Shown piece by piece: positions 11,794 through 24,205 of a DNA stretch of 64,000 nucleotides (positions within the stretch are counted from its first letter, which is position 1; each line of letters starts with the position of its first letter). Under the pieces are notes generated by a model, which saw only the letters and a program-made list of their open reading frames with translations, made no database searches and had not been told where the DNA came from. A program made the position numbers and the translations under genes. The DNA is taken from assembly GCF_006345805.1 (NCBI RefSeq), contig NC_043015.1:25358001-25422000 (forward strand), written 5' to 3'. The stretch comes from Octopus sinensis. Lineage: Eukaryota.

Positions 11794-13052
11794 TGTAGAT
11801 ATATGTATATATTTCTCCATTCAAGTTATAACTGCCCTTGATGTAAGCATAACATAATCAAGAGAAAGTTAAGCAGTTTGTTACTTTAGTGCTGGGGAAA
11901 TGCAGCCACATGCAATGCACCACATGTACTGCACACCCTACTTGGAGTACATGTTTACTTTTAATAGTTTCTTTTCTTGAAAAGTAATCCTTTTCGTTCT
12001 TTCCCTTGTTAGCTATTCTCGTCTCTCATTGCCCATATTTTATAAGCAAATGTTTAGGTTAAGCAGAAGCTTTCTGCACCATTGATATATCTGTTATGAC
12101 ATTGTTTCATTGTTAAACATTTCGACTTTGCCTGCAATTTGAACACACAAATGCAGAATAATGTAGACCTTATCCTCCCCAACTCTCTCTAATAATATAG
12201 ACCTTCCCTCTCACTCTCACCTTCTCAAACAGACCTCTCTCTCTCTCTCTCTAATATAGATATTCTCCCCCTTTCTCTATATATTGTTTTCTCTTTCTAT
12301 CTTTCTGCTGATTCCACCATTCCTGTTTTGTTTCTTTGTCTCTCTTTCACCACTTCCTCCCTCTCTATACATATATTTCTACACTTGAGTTATAACCTGC
12401 CTCGAAGTAAGCATAACACATGGATGAAACAGGCAGAATAGTATTGTAATAATTATTTTTGAGATGTCATAAATAAGAGAAGGAGAAATGTGGTTGCTTA
12501 TCCACTGGAAATGGACCCAACAGCCATTCCTATGAGGCTTAGAAGTATAAAAAAAAGAACTTCATAAATAGATAACTAAATGATTGCTTAACCAAACAGA
12601 ATCAAACACAAATCCTAGATTAATTGGTTTACACATTCAAGAAAGAGGAGCAGGAAATAATTGTCAATGAATATTTTCAAGTTACATTAATATTTTGTCT
12701 GGAGATAAATGAAAGTATTATTTTTCTTCTTTCAGTTTCCTGTCTGTTCTTTACAGACCATGCATAGCTAGCTGAGCTCTGTGTTCTACTTTTCACTACA
12801 AGAAACTCAGAGAGGTAAGATGGCCACGTGAACTGCAAGAAACAGCAGTCAAGTTTTCTTTAAATCACATTATACAAGCTTGCAGAAGATGGAAGTGTAA
12901 ATATCATAGTTTTCAGCTACATGTTACACGTCACAAATGTAACAGATGTAATTGTGTCATGAATGTTTTGTGTGAGCTTAGGTCTGCCTAGTCAAGTGTG
13001 GCCTGAGGACAAATCTCAACAACAAAGGTTGCAATTATTATTATTATTATTA

Positions 13053-16000
13053 TTCAGTAGTTTTATTTTTATAGCGTGCTTTCACTTTACTACCGAGTGC
13101 AGCTCTGTGTGCCTTGGGTATGTGCTGTGATTTGTTGTGATGCTCTGATGGTTATTGTATGGAAAGTGTTCTGCGTAGGATGTGTGCAGTGCCTAGTAGT
13201 GCAATTTTCTGTATGTTATATGTGTTTGTAAGTCCTGGTGTTTTTGTTATGTATTTGTCTGAATATTTTTTTATCATGCCTAATGCACCTACTATGATAG
13301 GAATTGTTTCTGTTTTCAGGTTCCACATTCTAGTTACCTCTATTTCCAGGTCTTTGTATTTTGAGAGTTTCTCCATTTCTTTTAGAGTCACGTTGTCATC
13401 TGCCGGTATTGATACATCAATTAGAAAGCATTTTTTTTCTTCATGGTCTCTGACAACTATATCTGGTCTGTTGGCCTTAATTTCTCTATCTGTGTATATC
13501 GGCATATCCCAGAGTATGGTTGCTTTCTCGTTTTCTGTGACCTTTTCTGGTGTGTGCCTATACCATCTTTTTTCTGTTGTTATTCCATAATGTTGGCATA
13601 GCTTCCAATGTATGTAGGTTCCAACTCTGTCATGTCTGTGGATATATTCCTTCTTAGCCAGGACTGGGCAGCTAGAGATAATATGATTTATTGTTTCTTG
13701 TCCATCTCCACATATTCTGCAGTTACTTGTAATATTTCTTTTCATTACATGTTTTTGGTAATTTCTGGTGGGGAGGCTTTGGTCTTGTGCTGCAATTAAA
13801 AATCCCTCTGTTTCTGCTTTGAGTCCTGAGCTTCTCAACCATTGCTAGGATTTTTCTTTGTCTATTTCTTTTGCGTTTAGTTTAGTGCAGTATTTACCAT
13901 GAAGGGGCTTTTCTTGCCATCGTTTTATCATGGCTCGTTGCTGTTCTATTTTTAGTTTGGATTTCATTTGTTTTATAGCTTTTGTTGTTTCTTCATCATC
14001 TTCTTCTTCTTCTTTGTGTTTATTAGGTGGTATGATTTCTTGTTTGTATTTGTCAGCTTCCTTAAATACTGAGAACAGTTTTTTGTTTTGCTCGTGTTTT
14101 GCTGCTATCTGGATCAGTTTTCCTTCCTTCTGAAGTAGGTATTTTTGCAGTCCTATGGTGGTTATTTCATAGTAGTTTTCCAGCTGTATAAGACCTCTAC
14201 CACCTTCTATACGTTGTATATATAGTCTTTCTATGTCACATTTTGGGTGATGCATCCTAGATCCTGTCAGTATTTTTCTTGTTTTCCTATCTATTTTGGA
14301 CAGTTCATTTCGTGTCCAGTTAAGGATATTATAGCTGTAACTTATAACTGGGACAGCTAAAGTGTTGATACCTATTATCTTGTTTTTAGCATTGAGCTCT
14401 GTTTTTAGTATTGATCTAACTCGTCTATAATATTCTTTTTTTATTTTCTCTTTCATTTGTGTGTGTTGTGTCTTATCTAGTTCATGGATTCCTAAGTATT
14501 TGTAAGTTTGGCTTTGGTCTAATTCTTTTTTTCATTGGTTTTATCTAGTGTGATGTTGTTACTCTTAACTAGTTTTCCTCTTTTCATGGTTACTTTGGCG
14601 CATTTTTCTAATCTAAATTTCATATCTATTTCTTTGGTAAATCCATGAACTGTCTTTAATAGTGTTTCCAGCTGTTTGTCATTTGCAGTGTATAGTTTTA
14701 GGTCATCCATATATAAAAGGTGGCTGATCGTTTTGCCGTAACATTTATATCCGCATCCAGTTCTATTTAGCATATCAGATAGAGGTGACAGTGCCAAGCA
14801 GAAAAGGAGTGGAGAGAGCGTGTCTCCCTGGAATATTCCTCTTCTAATGGGGATGTCTTTGGTTTTCATGAGTCCCTCTTTTGTTTGGAGGTGTAGGACT
14901 GTTTGCCATCTATTCATAGAATGCTCTATGAATTTTATGATTGTTGGTGCTACTTTGTTAATGGCTAGTGTTTCGAGGATCCATGTGTGGGGGATGCTAT
15001 CAAACGCCTTTTTGTAGTCAATCCAGGCCATACTGAGGCCTTTCTTCTTTCTGTGGCTGTCTTCAGTTACGGCTTTATTAATCATTAGTTGATCTTTACA
15101 GCCATATGAGCCCTTGCGGCATCCTTTCTGCTCTTCTGGGAACAGTTTGTTTTCGTCCAGGTGCTTGTTCAGCCTTTGCGATATCACTGCAGTAAATGCC
15201 TTGAACATAGTAGGGAGACAGATTATTGGTCTGTAGTTTTCTGGTTTTGTTGTTTCATTTGATTTGGGAATTAAGATGGTTTTCCCCTTCGTGAGCCATT
15301 CAGGCATTGTCTCTGGCTCTGCTAGTATGCTGTTAAAGTGTTCAGCCAGCTTTTTGTGCATTCCTGTTAGATATTTCAACCAGAAGTTGGGGATCTTGTC
15401 ATGCCCAGGTGCCTTCCAGTTGCTTAGTCTTTGCAGTGCCTGGGTGACCTCTTCAGTTGTTATGGGGGTCCAAAGTTGTTCAGATGCCGAGTTTGTTATT
15501 TTCATACTCCTTTTTTTTGGCTGTTCGTTCGCCGACCATATTTCTTTCCAGAATTCTTCCAATTCTTCTGCCGTTGGTGCTGCAGTAACTTCTATTTTAT
15601 TTTTGCCCAGTTCTTGGTAGAACTTTTTGGGGTCGGAGTTGAACTTTTTGTTCTGTTCAAAGAAGCGTTCGCGTTTCTCGTACCGGCGGATCCTTTGAGC
15701 TTTGGCAAGGATATCTTGCTTCAGCTTTTCTTTCATCTACGTCAAATCTTTTTCTGTGATGTTATATTTGCGGAGCATTTTTGTTCTCTTTTTGTTGTTC
15801 AGTAGCGTTGCTTGTTTGCTGATTTCATTAAGAATCGACAGGTCTTTTCTAATTTTTTTTATTTTGTTTTGGATGTTATTTATCCACAGGGTTTGTTTGG
15901 GTGGTGGTACTCCTGTTTGGGATGGTTTGGGTGAGTATCCAGCTTCTTTTGTGGCTGCAGTGGCTGCTGCGTATATCAAGTCATTTAGTTCAGTGATATC

Positions 16001-17045
16001 ACTTTTTTTTGTTTCAGTGGCTAGTTCAGTGATGGCTAGGTTTATGTTGTTTATAATTGGTGTTGTTATTGCGTTTATTTTTATTCTTGGGAGGTATGGT
16101 CGGTGGTCCATTTTGAGCTCTGTGGTTTTTAGTTCTTTGATTATTTTATTTTTTATATTATCATAATCATTAGGCTCCCCTTCGTTGTTTACATCGTGTT
16201 TGTTGGGAATGTTGCGTTTGTCTTCGTGTTTTACAGTTTCAGTGTTTATATTATTGGGCATTGTTGTGTGGCTTCTATCTACATTTTCCTGGTGTATTTT
16301 TTCTTTTAAATGTTCTATTCTATTTCTGATATTTTTTTGGCTTTGAGAATGTATCTTTGTACGTTAGCTAATTTATTAGGGTTCATTGCTGTATCCAAGT
16401 CTATATCTCTATTATTTTCCTTCCATATTTTATATGTATGTGTTGTTGTATTTTCATTTTGTGGGTAGAGCATTGCTGTGAAGTATGCGTGTAAGATAGA
16501 AATGTATTCCTCACGTGTCCATTTACGTCTTTTGGGTTTTAATTGCGGGACATGAGGTACAACGTCCGGCCCATTATTTTGACGGTCGTCATTTTCGTAG
16601 GGTACCGGTCCGTTTATTTCTGTTGTCACATTATTTCGCACGTGTAGTTTTTCGTACATTTTTTGTTGTAGGTTTAATGTACGTACCGCTCGATTGTTAT
16701 TCTTGGGTTGAATAGTATCGGTGGCATTTAATTTCTTCGTAGTTCCTTTGTACATGGTGTTTGAGGTCGGGGATGATTGTGTTGTTCCACGCATGTTTAC
16801 ATGTGTTGTGTTAGAGGTGGAGATAATATCGAGTCAAAATACATCATTTCGTTTCGAAAATAGTAATAAATTTCAATTCATATTACTTACTCGGATATAG
16901 TCCAATTCTTTGTTAGTAAATCTTTGGCTCCATAGGGTGTCCTTGTTTTCGATGTTTGTGGATAGATTTCGGAGCTCTGTATTTTCCTTCTTACATCTTA
17001 AACGTCCCCGGTGTCCTCCCATCTTAAACGTCCCCGGTGTCCTCC
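13053..17045 (-). mobile_element. R4/Dong-clade (restriction-like endonuclease) non-LTR retrotransposon, apparently full length
   Basis: RT 14519-15736 (KAPGHD, YRPIICL, WIDYKKAFDS, GIFQGDTLSP, LYMDD). CCHC knuckle CRICGDGQETINHIISSC. RLE motif RPDIVV...IDVSIP...EKLSKY. (TAA)n on both sides (13035-13052 and 17047-17085). Confidence 0.95.
13152..16794 (-). pseudogene. Single R4/Dong ORF with about four lesions
   Basis: 5-nt ATAGA duplication near 16315, in-frame TAG at 15737-15739, frameshift near 14525, in-frame TAG at 13845-13847. Confidence 0.88.
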
Positions 17046-17046
<1 letters not shown>

Positions 17047-17126
<80 letters not shown>

Positions 17127-17136
17127 TTATTATTAT
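17047..17136. repeat. (TAT)n/(TAC)n microsatellite
   Basis: Direct sequence. Confidence 0.95.
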
Positions 17137-17362
17137 AAAGCAGCAAGCTGGCAGAACCGTTAGCATGCTGGATTAAATGTTTAGCAGTATCTTGCCCATC
17201 ACTATGTTGTGAGTTCAATTTCAGTCAAGGTCAACTTTGCTTTTCATCCTTTCAGGGTCAATAAATTAAGTACCAGTTGAGTACTGGGGTCAATGCAATC
17301 GACTAGTCTCCTCCCTCAAAATGTTGAGGCCTTGTGCCTTATGTAGAAACGATTATCATTAT
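17137..17362 (+). mobile_element. Family B SINE
   Basis: gcaagctggcagaaccgttagc...aataaattaagtaccagttgagtactggggtcaa...agaaacgattatcatt. Confidence 0.8.
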
Positions 17363-17364
17363 TC

Positions 17365-17838
17365 TTTTGAATCAAGTCCGTTCTTATTCCTGGTAGAATT
17401 TATGTAGGTAGCGAGTTGCTACCTGTAACTTTAGGTATCCATAATCTTTCAATAGTCTTAAGGCCATCCTGATAATCTTTCCTGTCCCTAAGAGGCAAAA
17501 AGTTTCTGTATAAGCTCTACAGGGCATTCTATTCCAATATCTTCAACCATTTGTAGGCAACTCCACTTTTCCTTGTCTATTTTTGTTATGTCTGGTCTAC
17601 CATTTTCTAGTTTCTTGTCCGTTTGAAGAGGAAAGTCCCACAGAATCTAACAATTCTCTGATTCTAGCACTCCTTCAAACTGATCTTCATACCATACATC
17701 TCCAGCTTCAAATCTCCATTTCTAGCAAAGCTTCCAGTGCAAAATTTTTACAACTTGGTTATGCCTCCATTTCTTACATTCTTGTGCCAACTTGGGACAT
17801 TCTGCAACAGTGTGTGCCACTGTTTCATTCCAAGATCC
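17365..17838 (-). mobile_element. Degraded 3' fragment of another R4/Dong family
   Basis: Minus-strand translation with frameshifts: ETVAHTVAECPKLAQ...RHNQV...LHWKLC...ILWDF, matching the knuckle-to-RLE region of the 13-17 kb element. Confidence 0.75.
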
Positions 17839-17859
17839 AAATTATTATTATTGTTGTTA

Positions 17860-17897
<38 letters not shown>

Positions 17898-18451
17898 GAG
17901 TGAGAGAGCAGTGCATGCCATCAAAGTGACACTGGGGTAAAATATACGAAGCCCAATATACCCATCATGACTACCCGTCTGATAAAGGTACACCAGGCAC
18001 ATGCATCACAACCATATGTGCGCGACATGGTGATCTCATATCAAAATAAACAGCACATGACCTTGCAGGTGGGGCTCAGTTAGAATTTTCTTCAGGTTGA
18101 GTAGCCCATCCCGCTCAAAAGGTCCCTGAATAAGGGCTGTTTAAGGATGTTGAAAGAACCACCCATGTTTCCAGAGGTGAATTATTCAAACCCCAAAGAA
18201 TCCCTCTCAACATATGGCTATGATGCTCCCCCACTACTTCTGCTCGTGATCAGAGATGCACATATCGTCAGCCACTAAGGGACATGCTCAACTGGTTAAG
18301 GTCCAACAACTGACAAGCAAATCTGTGGTATTGAGCAGAATATTTGCTGTAGCCCATCTTTTATACCAAGACAAAATAATGTACATGATAACACTTCCAA
18401 TCAGTTAAGATCAGAAGCCATGAGAGCCACTGCCTGGTACTGCATCAGGGC

Positions 18452-18453
<2 letters not shown>
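17898..18453 (-). mobile_element. Unclassified ~555-bp non-coding repeat 'X', copy 1, within (TAA)n
   Basis: Homologous to 18530-18955; (TAA)n on both flanks; no ORF. Strand inferred from the shared left end and the truncated right end of copy 2. Confidence 0.7.
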
Positions 18454-18503
<50 letters not shown>

Positions 18504-18529
18504 GTTATTATTATTATGATTATTATTAT

Positions 18530-18955
18530 TGAGTGAGAGAGCAGTGCATGCCATCAAAGTGACACTGAGGAACGAATATACGAAGCCCAATGTACACATG
18601 TATCACAACCATATGTGCGTGACCTGATGATCTCATATCATGATAAACAGTGTAGGACCTTGCAGGTGGGGCCCAGTTGGAATTTTTTCAGGTCAAGTAG
18701 CCTATTCTGCTCAAAATGTCCCTGAATAGGGTTTGTTTAAGGATGTTGAGCAAAACACCCATGTTTCCAGAGGTGAATTACCCATACCCCAAAGAATTCC
18801 ACTCAACACACGGCTATGATGCTCCCCCACTACTTCTGCTCTTGATCAGAGATGCACATATTGTCAGCCACCAAGGGACATGCTCAACTGGTTAAGGTCA
18901 AACAACTGACAAGCAAATCTGTTGTATTGAGCAGAATATTTGGTGTAGCCCATCA
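18530..18955 (-). mobile_element. Repeat X, copy 2 (truncated, with an internal deletion)
   Basis: Same start gagtgagagagcagtgcatgccatcaaagtgacactg as copy 1. Confidence 0.7.
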
Positions 18956-18962
18956 TATTGTT

Positions 18963-19072
<110 letters not shown>

Positions 19073-19305
19073 AAGGTGGTGAGCTGGCAGCATCATTAGC
19101 ATGCTGGGCAAGGCTTAGTGGAATTTCATCCATCTTTATATTCTGGATTCAAATGCCACCGAGGTCAACTTTGCCTTTCATCCTTTTGGATTCAATAAAT
19201 CAAGTATCAGTGAAATACTGGGGTTGGTGTAATTGACTAATCCCTCCCTGCAAAATTTCAAGCCTTGTGCCTATAGTAGAAAGGATCATTATTATTATTA
19301 TTATT
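19073..19305 (+). mobile_element. Family B SINE with (ATT)n tail
   Basis: aaggtggtgagctggcag...ctatagtagaaaggatcattattatt. Confidence 0.82.
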
Positions 19306-20065
19306 TGAGATGTCGTAAAGTATCCAGTATCATAATACTGCTGACTGAGGATATTGTGTGTACCAGTGGGGTTTGTACTGTCTGTCAAGTCAAAACAAGG
19401 ACCTCAGACAGACAGTACTTTACCCAATATGTGTGCAGTTCCCATTAATGCTGACTTTTGCAATACATCTAGATTGTTGAGTATTGCTAAAGTTCCCAGA
19501 TGTTTCTTCAGGTTGGGCAGTATTGTGAACCCAATGCTCCGATGACAATAGGAATAACCTTTATGGTTGACTCTCATAGCTGCCACATCTTAGTGATCTC
19601 AATTCTCAATTCTCCATACGTATCAATGTTTTCTCTTTCTTTCCTGATGATATGTCAATCTCCTGGTACTGCCATGTCGATTATTAGGCACTTTTGTTTG
19701 TCCCTCCTAAAGATTACTATATCCAGCCTTTGATGTTCTAACACCTTGTCTGTCTGGAAGTCAAAGTCCCAGAAGAGTTTGCCTTCTCCTTTTCCTCCAT
19801 TTCCTCCATACACATTCTGGTGTATGTTGGTACCAAGCACCTGTAATCTCATATCCATATTTATGGCATAGTAGCCAGTGAAGGTTTTGAGCTACCTTGT
19901 CTTGTCTACGTCTGTACTCTTTCTGTGCAAGACTTTAACAAGCACTAACAATGTGAGTCATGGTTTCAACCCTCTTCCCACAAATTCTTCAGAAAGTTCA
20001 TTGCACTTGCATAGAATATATTCTTTTCCGCTGAGTTGGTATTCAATGCCTGGTCTTGGGCAATG
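19306..20065 (-). mobile_element. 5'-truncated R4/Dong element, third family
   Basis: ORF pieces RLDIVIFRRDKQKCLIIDMAVPGD (19655-19858) and LQKSALMGTAHILGKVLSV (19404-19586); (TAA)n at both ends. Confidence 0.85.
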
Positions 20066-20109
20066 ATGATTAGGCTTTCAGTATTTAATAAATATCATTA
20101 TTATTATTA

Positions 20110-20146
<37 letters not shown>

Positions 20147-20435
20147 ACTTGCCACACTAGTAACACCACAACTACTAACCTTAAAAACAACAGCTTCCCT
20201 AACAACACCATCAATATCAACATCACTCTCCTGACGTGAAGACAGACCACACTCAAAGCCTCACAAACAAGCATGGGTCAGAAGTTAGAAGCTTGACTTA
20301 ACAAGATGGAGAATGAATATTTAAAATATTTAATCATATATCAAGCACATCAAGGCTAAGTTTAGCAGAGTCAATCAATAACACTAAGATTAACATGCAA
20401 TTCAAAAATTCAACATTCATTTGTGTGTGTGTGTG

Positions 20436-20745
20436 TCATCATCATCGTTTAACATCCGTTTTCCATGCTAGCATGGGTTGCACAGTTGGACTGGGGTCTG
20501 GGAAGCCAGAAGGCTGCATCAGACCCCTATCTGATCTGGCAGTGTTTTTAGAGCTGGATGCCCTTCTTAACGCCAACCACTCCATGAGTGTAGTGGGTAC
20601 TTTTTACTACCACTGGCACAGGGGCCAGAGGAGGCTGACAACAACCACGATCAGTTGGTGCTTTTTACGTGCCACTGGCAAGGAAGCCAGTCAAGGCAGT
20701 GCTGGCATCAGCCATGTTCGGATGGTGCTTTTTATGTGCCACCAG
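20436..20745 (-). mobile_element. Family A repeat
   Basis: catcatcatcgtttaacatccgttttccatgctagcatggg...ggatgcccttcttaacgccaaccactcc. Confidence 0.8.
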
Positions 20746-20896
20746 TATCACAACTGCAATTTCCATTTGATTTTCATTTTGATGTTGATGTACTTGACTC
20801 AATAGGTCTCCTCAAGCACAGCAGGTCGCCCTATGATCCAAGGTACTTTTGAATGGGCTGGGGCTGGCTATGCAAAGCTGTGCATATACATATATG

Positions 20897-20959
<63 letters not shown>

Positions 20960-21329
20960 GCATATATATGAGTGAGTGGACAAACTCATCTAGTAGAAGT
21001 TACATGTATTATTTATAGCAGTTTGATTTGGTTTCCATGCTACTTCAGGATCTGCAGGCCTCTAATGGAGCTTGACTCCTTCAAGCTTCTGGAATAACTA
21101 AATGAAGAGGTCCAAGAAGTTCAAGAAGGCTATCAGAAGATGGGCAGCTACAGGTCAAGGCGGCTCATATGGTGTTATAGTGAATAATGTCAATTAGTTA
21201 CCAACACCAATTCCATCAGAAAAAGGGAGTTTCTTTGACTGCATGGTTGGACAGGAGATTGGTGACATCAGTGTATCTGGGTGTGGCAGTGGTAAGGCTG
21301 GTGAGTGTATGAATTTGTATGCATGTGTG

Positions 21330-21545
21330 CAAAACAAGTTTGTGTTTTGGAACCAGTATTATTTGCACTTCTTTTTGCTGTAATGCTGGATTATGCCTTT
21401 TCTGATGTATAAGAGGGTGTGTTTCTTGAATATAGGACAATGGGTGGCATCTTCAATCAACAGCATTTCAAAGCAAGAACTAAGGTTGCGTCTCAAACAA
21501 TAAGAGATTTACTGTTTGCAGATGATTGTGCCCTTGTTACTCATT
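21330..21545 (+). mobile_element. Old RTE reverse transcriptase fragment
   Basis: Translates KQVCVLEPVLFALLFAVMLDYAF...TIRDLLFADDCALVTH. Confidence 0.8.
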
Positions 21546-21931
21546 TGGCTTAACTATTAGCATTAAAAAGATTGAACTGTCTGGTAGCCCCCCACCCCAC
21601 TCTATAGATGCCCAGGTTCTCACCACTCACTCCGCTCTCTCTAATCATGCTTCTTTCAAAATCTCCTACCACTTATATTATGACCTTTGAACCTCAAGAG
21701 TGTACCCTGGCACTTTCCACCATCTATATCTCTCTCTTCCTTTACCCAACCATCCCATTTATATTCTGATCCCCATCTCTTGTCAGTATGCCCAGCATTT
21801 TGCCACCATCTCTATCCTGCTGTCTACCACTCACTCTCTCTCTCTCTCTCTCTCTTTCTCCTAATCTTCCTTCAGGTTGAGTAACCATGTATCTCCTTTG
21901 CAGCAGTGCACCTGTTTCTGTCTTCATTCCT

Positions 21932-21999
<68 letters not shown>

Positions 22000-22472
22000 G
22001 CCAGATAACCATCTACCTACTGTACAACAAGACCCCTGTTTCTGTCTCTCTAACTATAACCTATCATCTTCTGATACAAGCTTACCTCCTCCAATGCCCC
22101 CTCCATTTGTAAGGTACTTGGTAACCCTGTCAGTGCAGGTGCCACTTAAAAAGCATCCAGTCCACACTGTAAAGTGGTTGGCATCTGGTAGAGCATCCAG
22201 CTGTAAAAAACTTTGCCAAAACTGACCACCTCACCTGTACTTGCATGATACCATTACCTGCCATGACTATGATCTTGCTTGGCTTGATGGATCTTCTACT
22301 CTCAAGCTTGGCATGTTGCCAAAAAGGTCTTGGTCATTTGTCATTGCCTCCATGAGGCCCAAAGCTCAATAGGTGCTTTTTATGTGCCAGTAGCATGGGT
22401 GCTAATCATGTGACACCAGCATCAGCCACATTGCCTCTGTGTGGCCCAACAGGCATACATATATTTATACAT

Positions 22473-22512
<40 letters not shown>

Positions 22513-23119
22513 CACATAACATATATATAATTACATATACATATGTGTGTGTGTGTGCATATGCAGAAAGCCCTATATATATTTACACAAGGAAGCTAAT
22601 TTGCTGACCCCATTAGAAAAGCAGATTGATTCCTTTGTAGCATTCTTTAGGGTCTCTGTAACCAGAATTCAGAAACCACCAAACTTAGCTTGCCTTTGAT
22701 CCTTTTGGTGTCTATAAATAAGAACCAGTCAGACTCTGAAAGTCAGTCAGTCCGCTTCCTCCTCCTCCTCCTGTCTCTCATTCTGTATGAGGAAGAAGCT
22801 CAGACTGCAGTGGGCACAAGCAGGCCTTGAGATGCATTGTATACTTGGCAGTGCACCTAGGACTTCACCAGCAGCTGAGAGCTCATAACATAGCACACAC
22901 ACACACACACATGTATATGCACACGTGCATATATGCATGTGGGTGTGTGGGTGTGTGGTGGGGTGTGTGGAGCATGCTATAGTTTAAAAGCTCACTTCCC
23001 AACCACATGGTTTTGATCCGGTTCCACAGTATGCAGCCTTAGCTAACTGTCTTCTAGGATGACGCAGGGCTGACCACAGTTTTAGAAGTAATTTGGTAGA
23101 CGTAATCTAAAAAAGATGC

Positions 23120-23188
23120 CTATCATATATGTGTGTGCGCGTGTGTGTGTGTATATATATATGTGTATATATATATGTACGTGCATGC

Positions 23189-23221
<33 letters not shown>

Positions 23222-23284
23222 ATAAACACATAGGAATACATATATACATATATATATATATATGTATATGTATATTATATATAG

Positions 23285-23315
<31 letters not shown>

Positions 23316-23575
23316 GTATATATATATAATATATATTATATATATATATATGTATATATATATGTATATATATATATATATAAACACATAGGTATACATA
23401 TCTATACATATATACATATGCATATATATATAAACATATATACATATATATGTATATATATATATAAACACATAGGTATACATATATAACATATATACAT
23501 ACATATGTATATATATAAACATATACATATATATATGTATATATAAACATATATATATCTATATATCTATATATC

Positions 23576-23607
<32 letters not shown>

Positions 23608-23614
23608 TACATGC

Positions 23615-23672
<58 letters not shown>

Positions 23673-23879
23673 TATATATACATACACACACACACACACA
23701 TATATATATATAAACATATATGTATAGATGCATGTGAAATATACACTCATACATAAGTACACATGCATTGATATATACATACATTAACAAATATATATTT
23801 GCATATATGTACATATAGATACACACATATATACACACATGTATATCGATGCATAAACATGTGCATGCACACATACACA

Positions 23880-23955
<76 letters not shown>

Positions 23956-24162
23956 GGAGAGAGACAGACAGACAGACAGACAGAGATATACACACCTACA
24001 AGCACACATTTATATATATATATGTATAAATGCATATTTACATACACACACCCATACACATTTGTTTGTGTTTCACTGTCACACACACAAACACATACAT
24101 ACGTACATACATACGTACATACATACATACATATGTATGAAAAGAGTAGGTGAGGTGTGTGC

Positions 24163-24205
<43 letters not shown>
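23120..24205. repeat. Compound (AT)/(AC)/(AG) microsatellite field
   Basis: Direct sequence; source of many Y/I-rich spurious ORFs. Confidence 0.95.
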
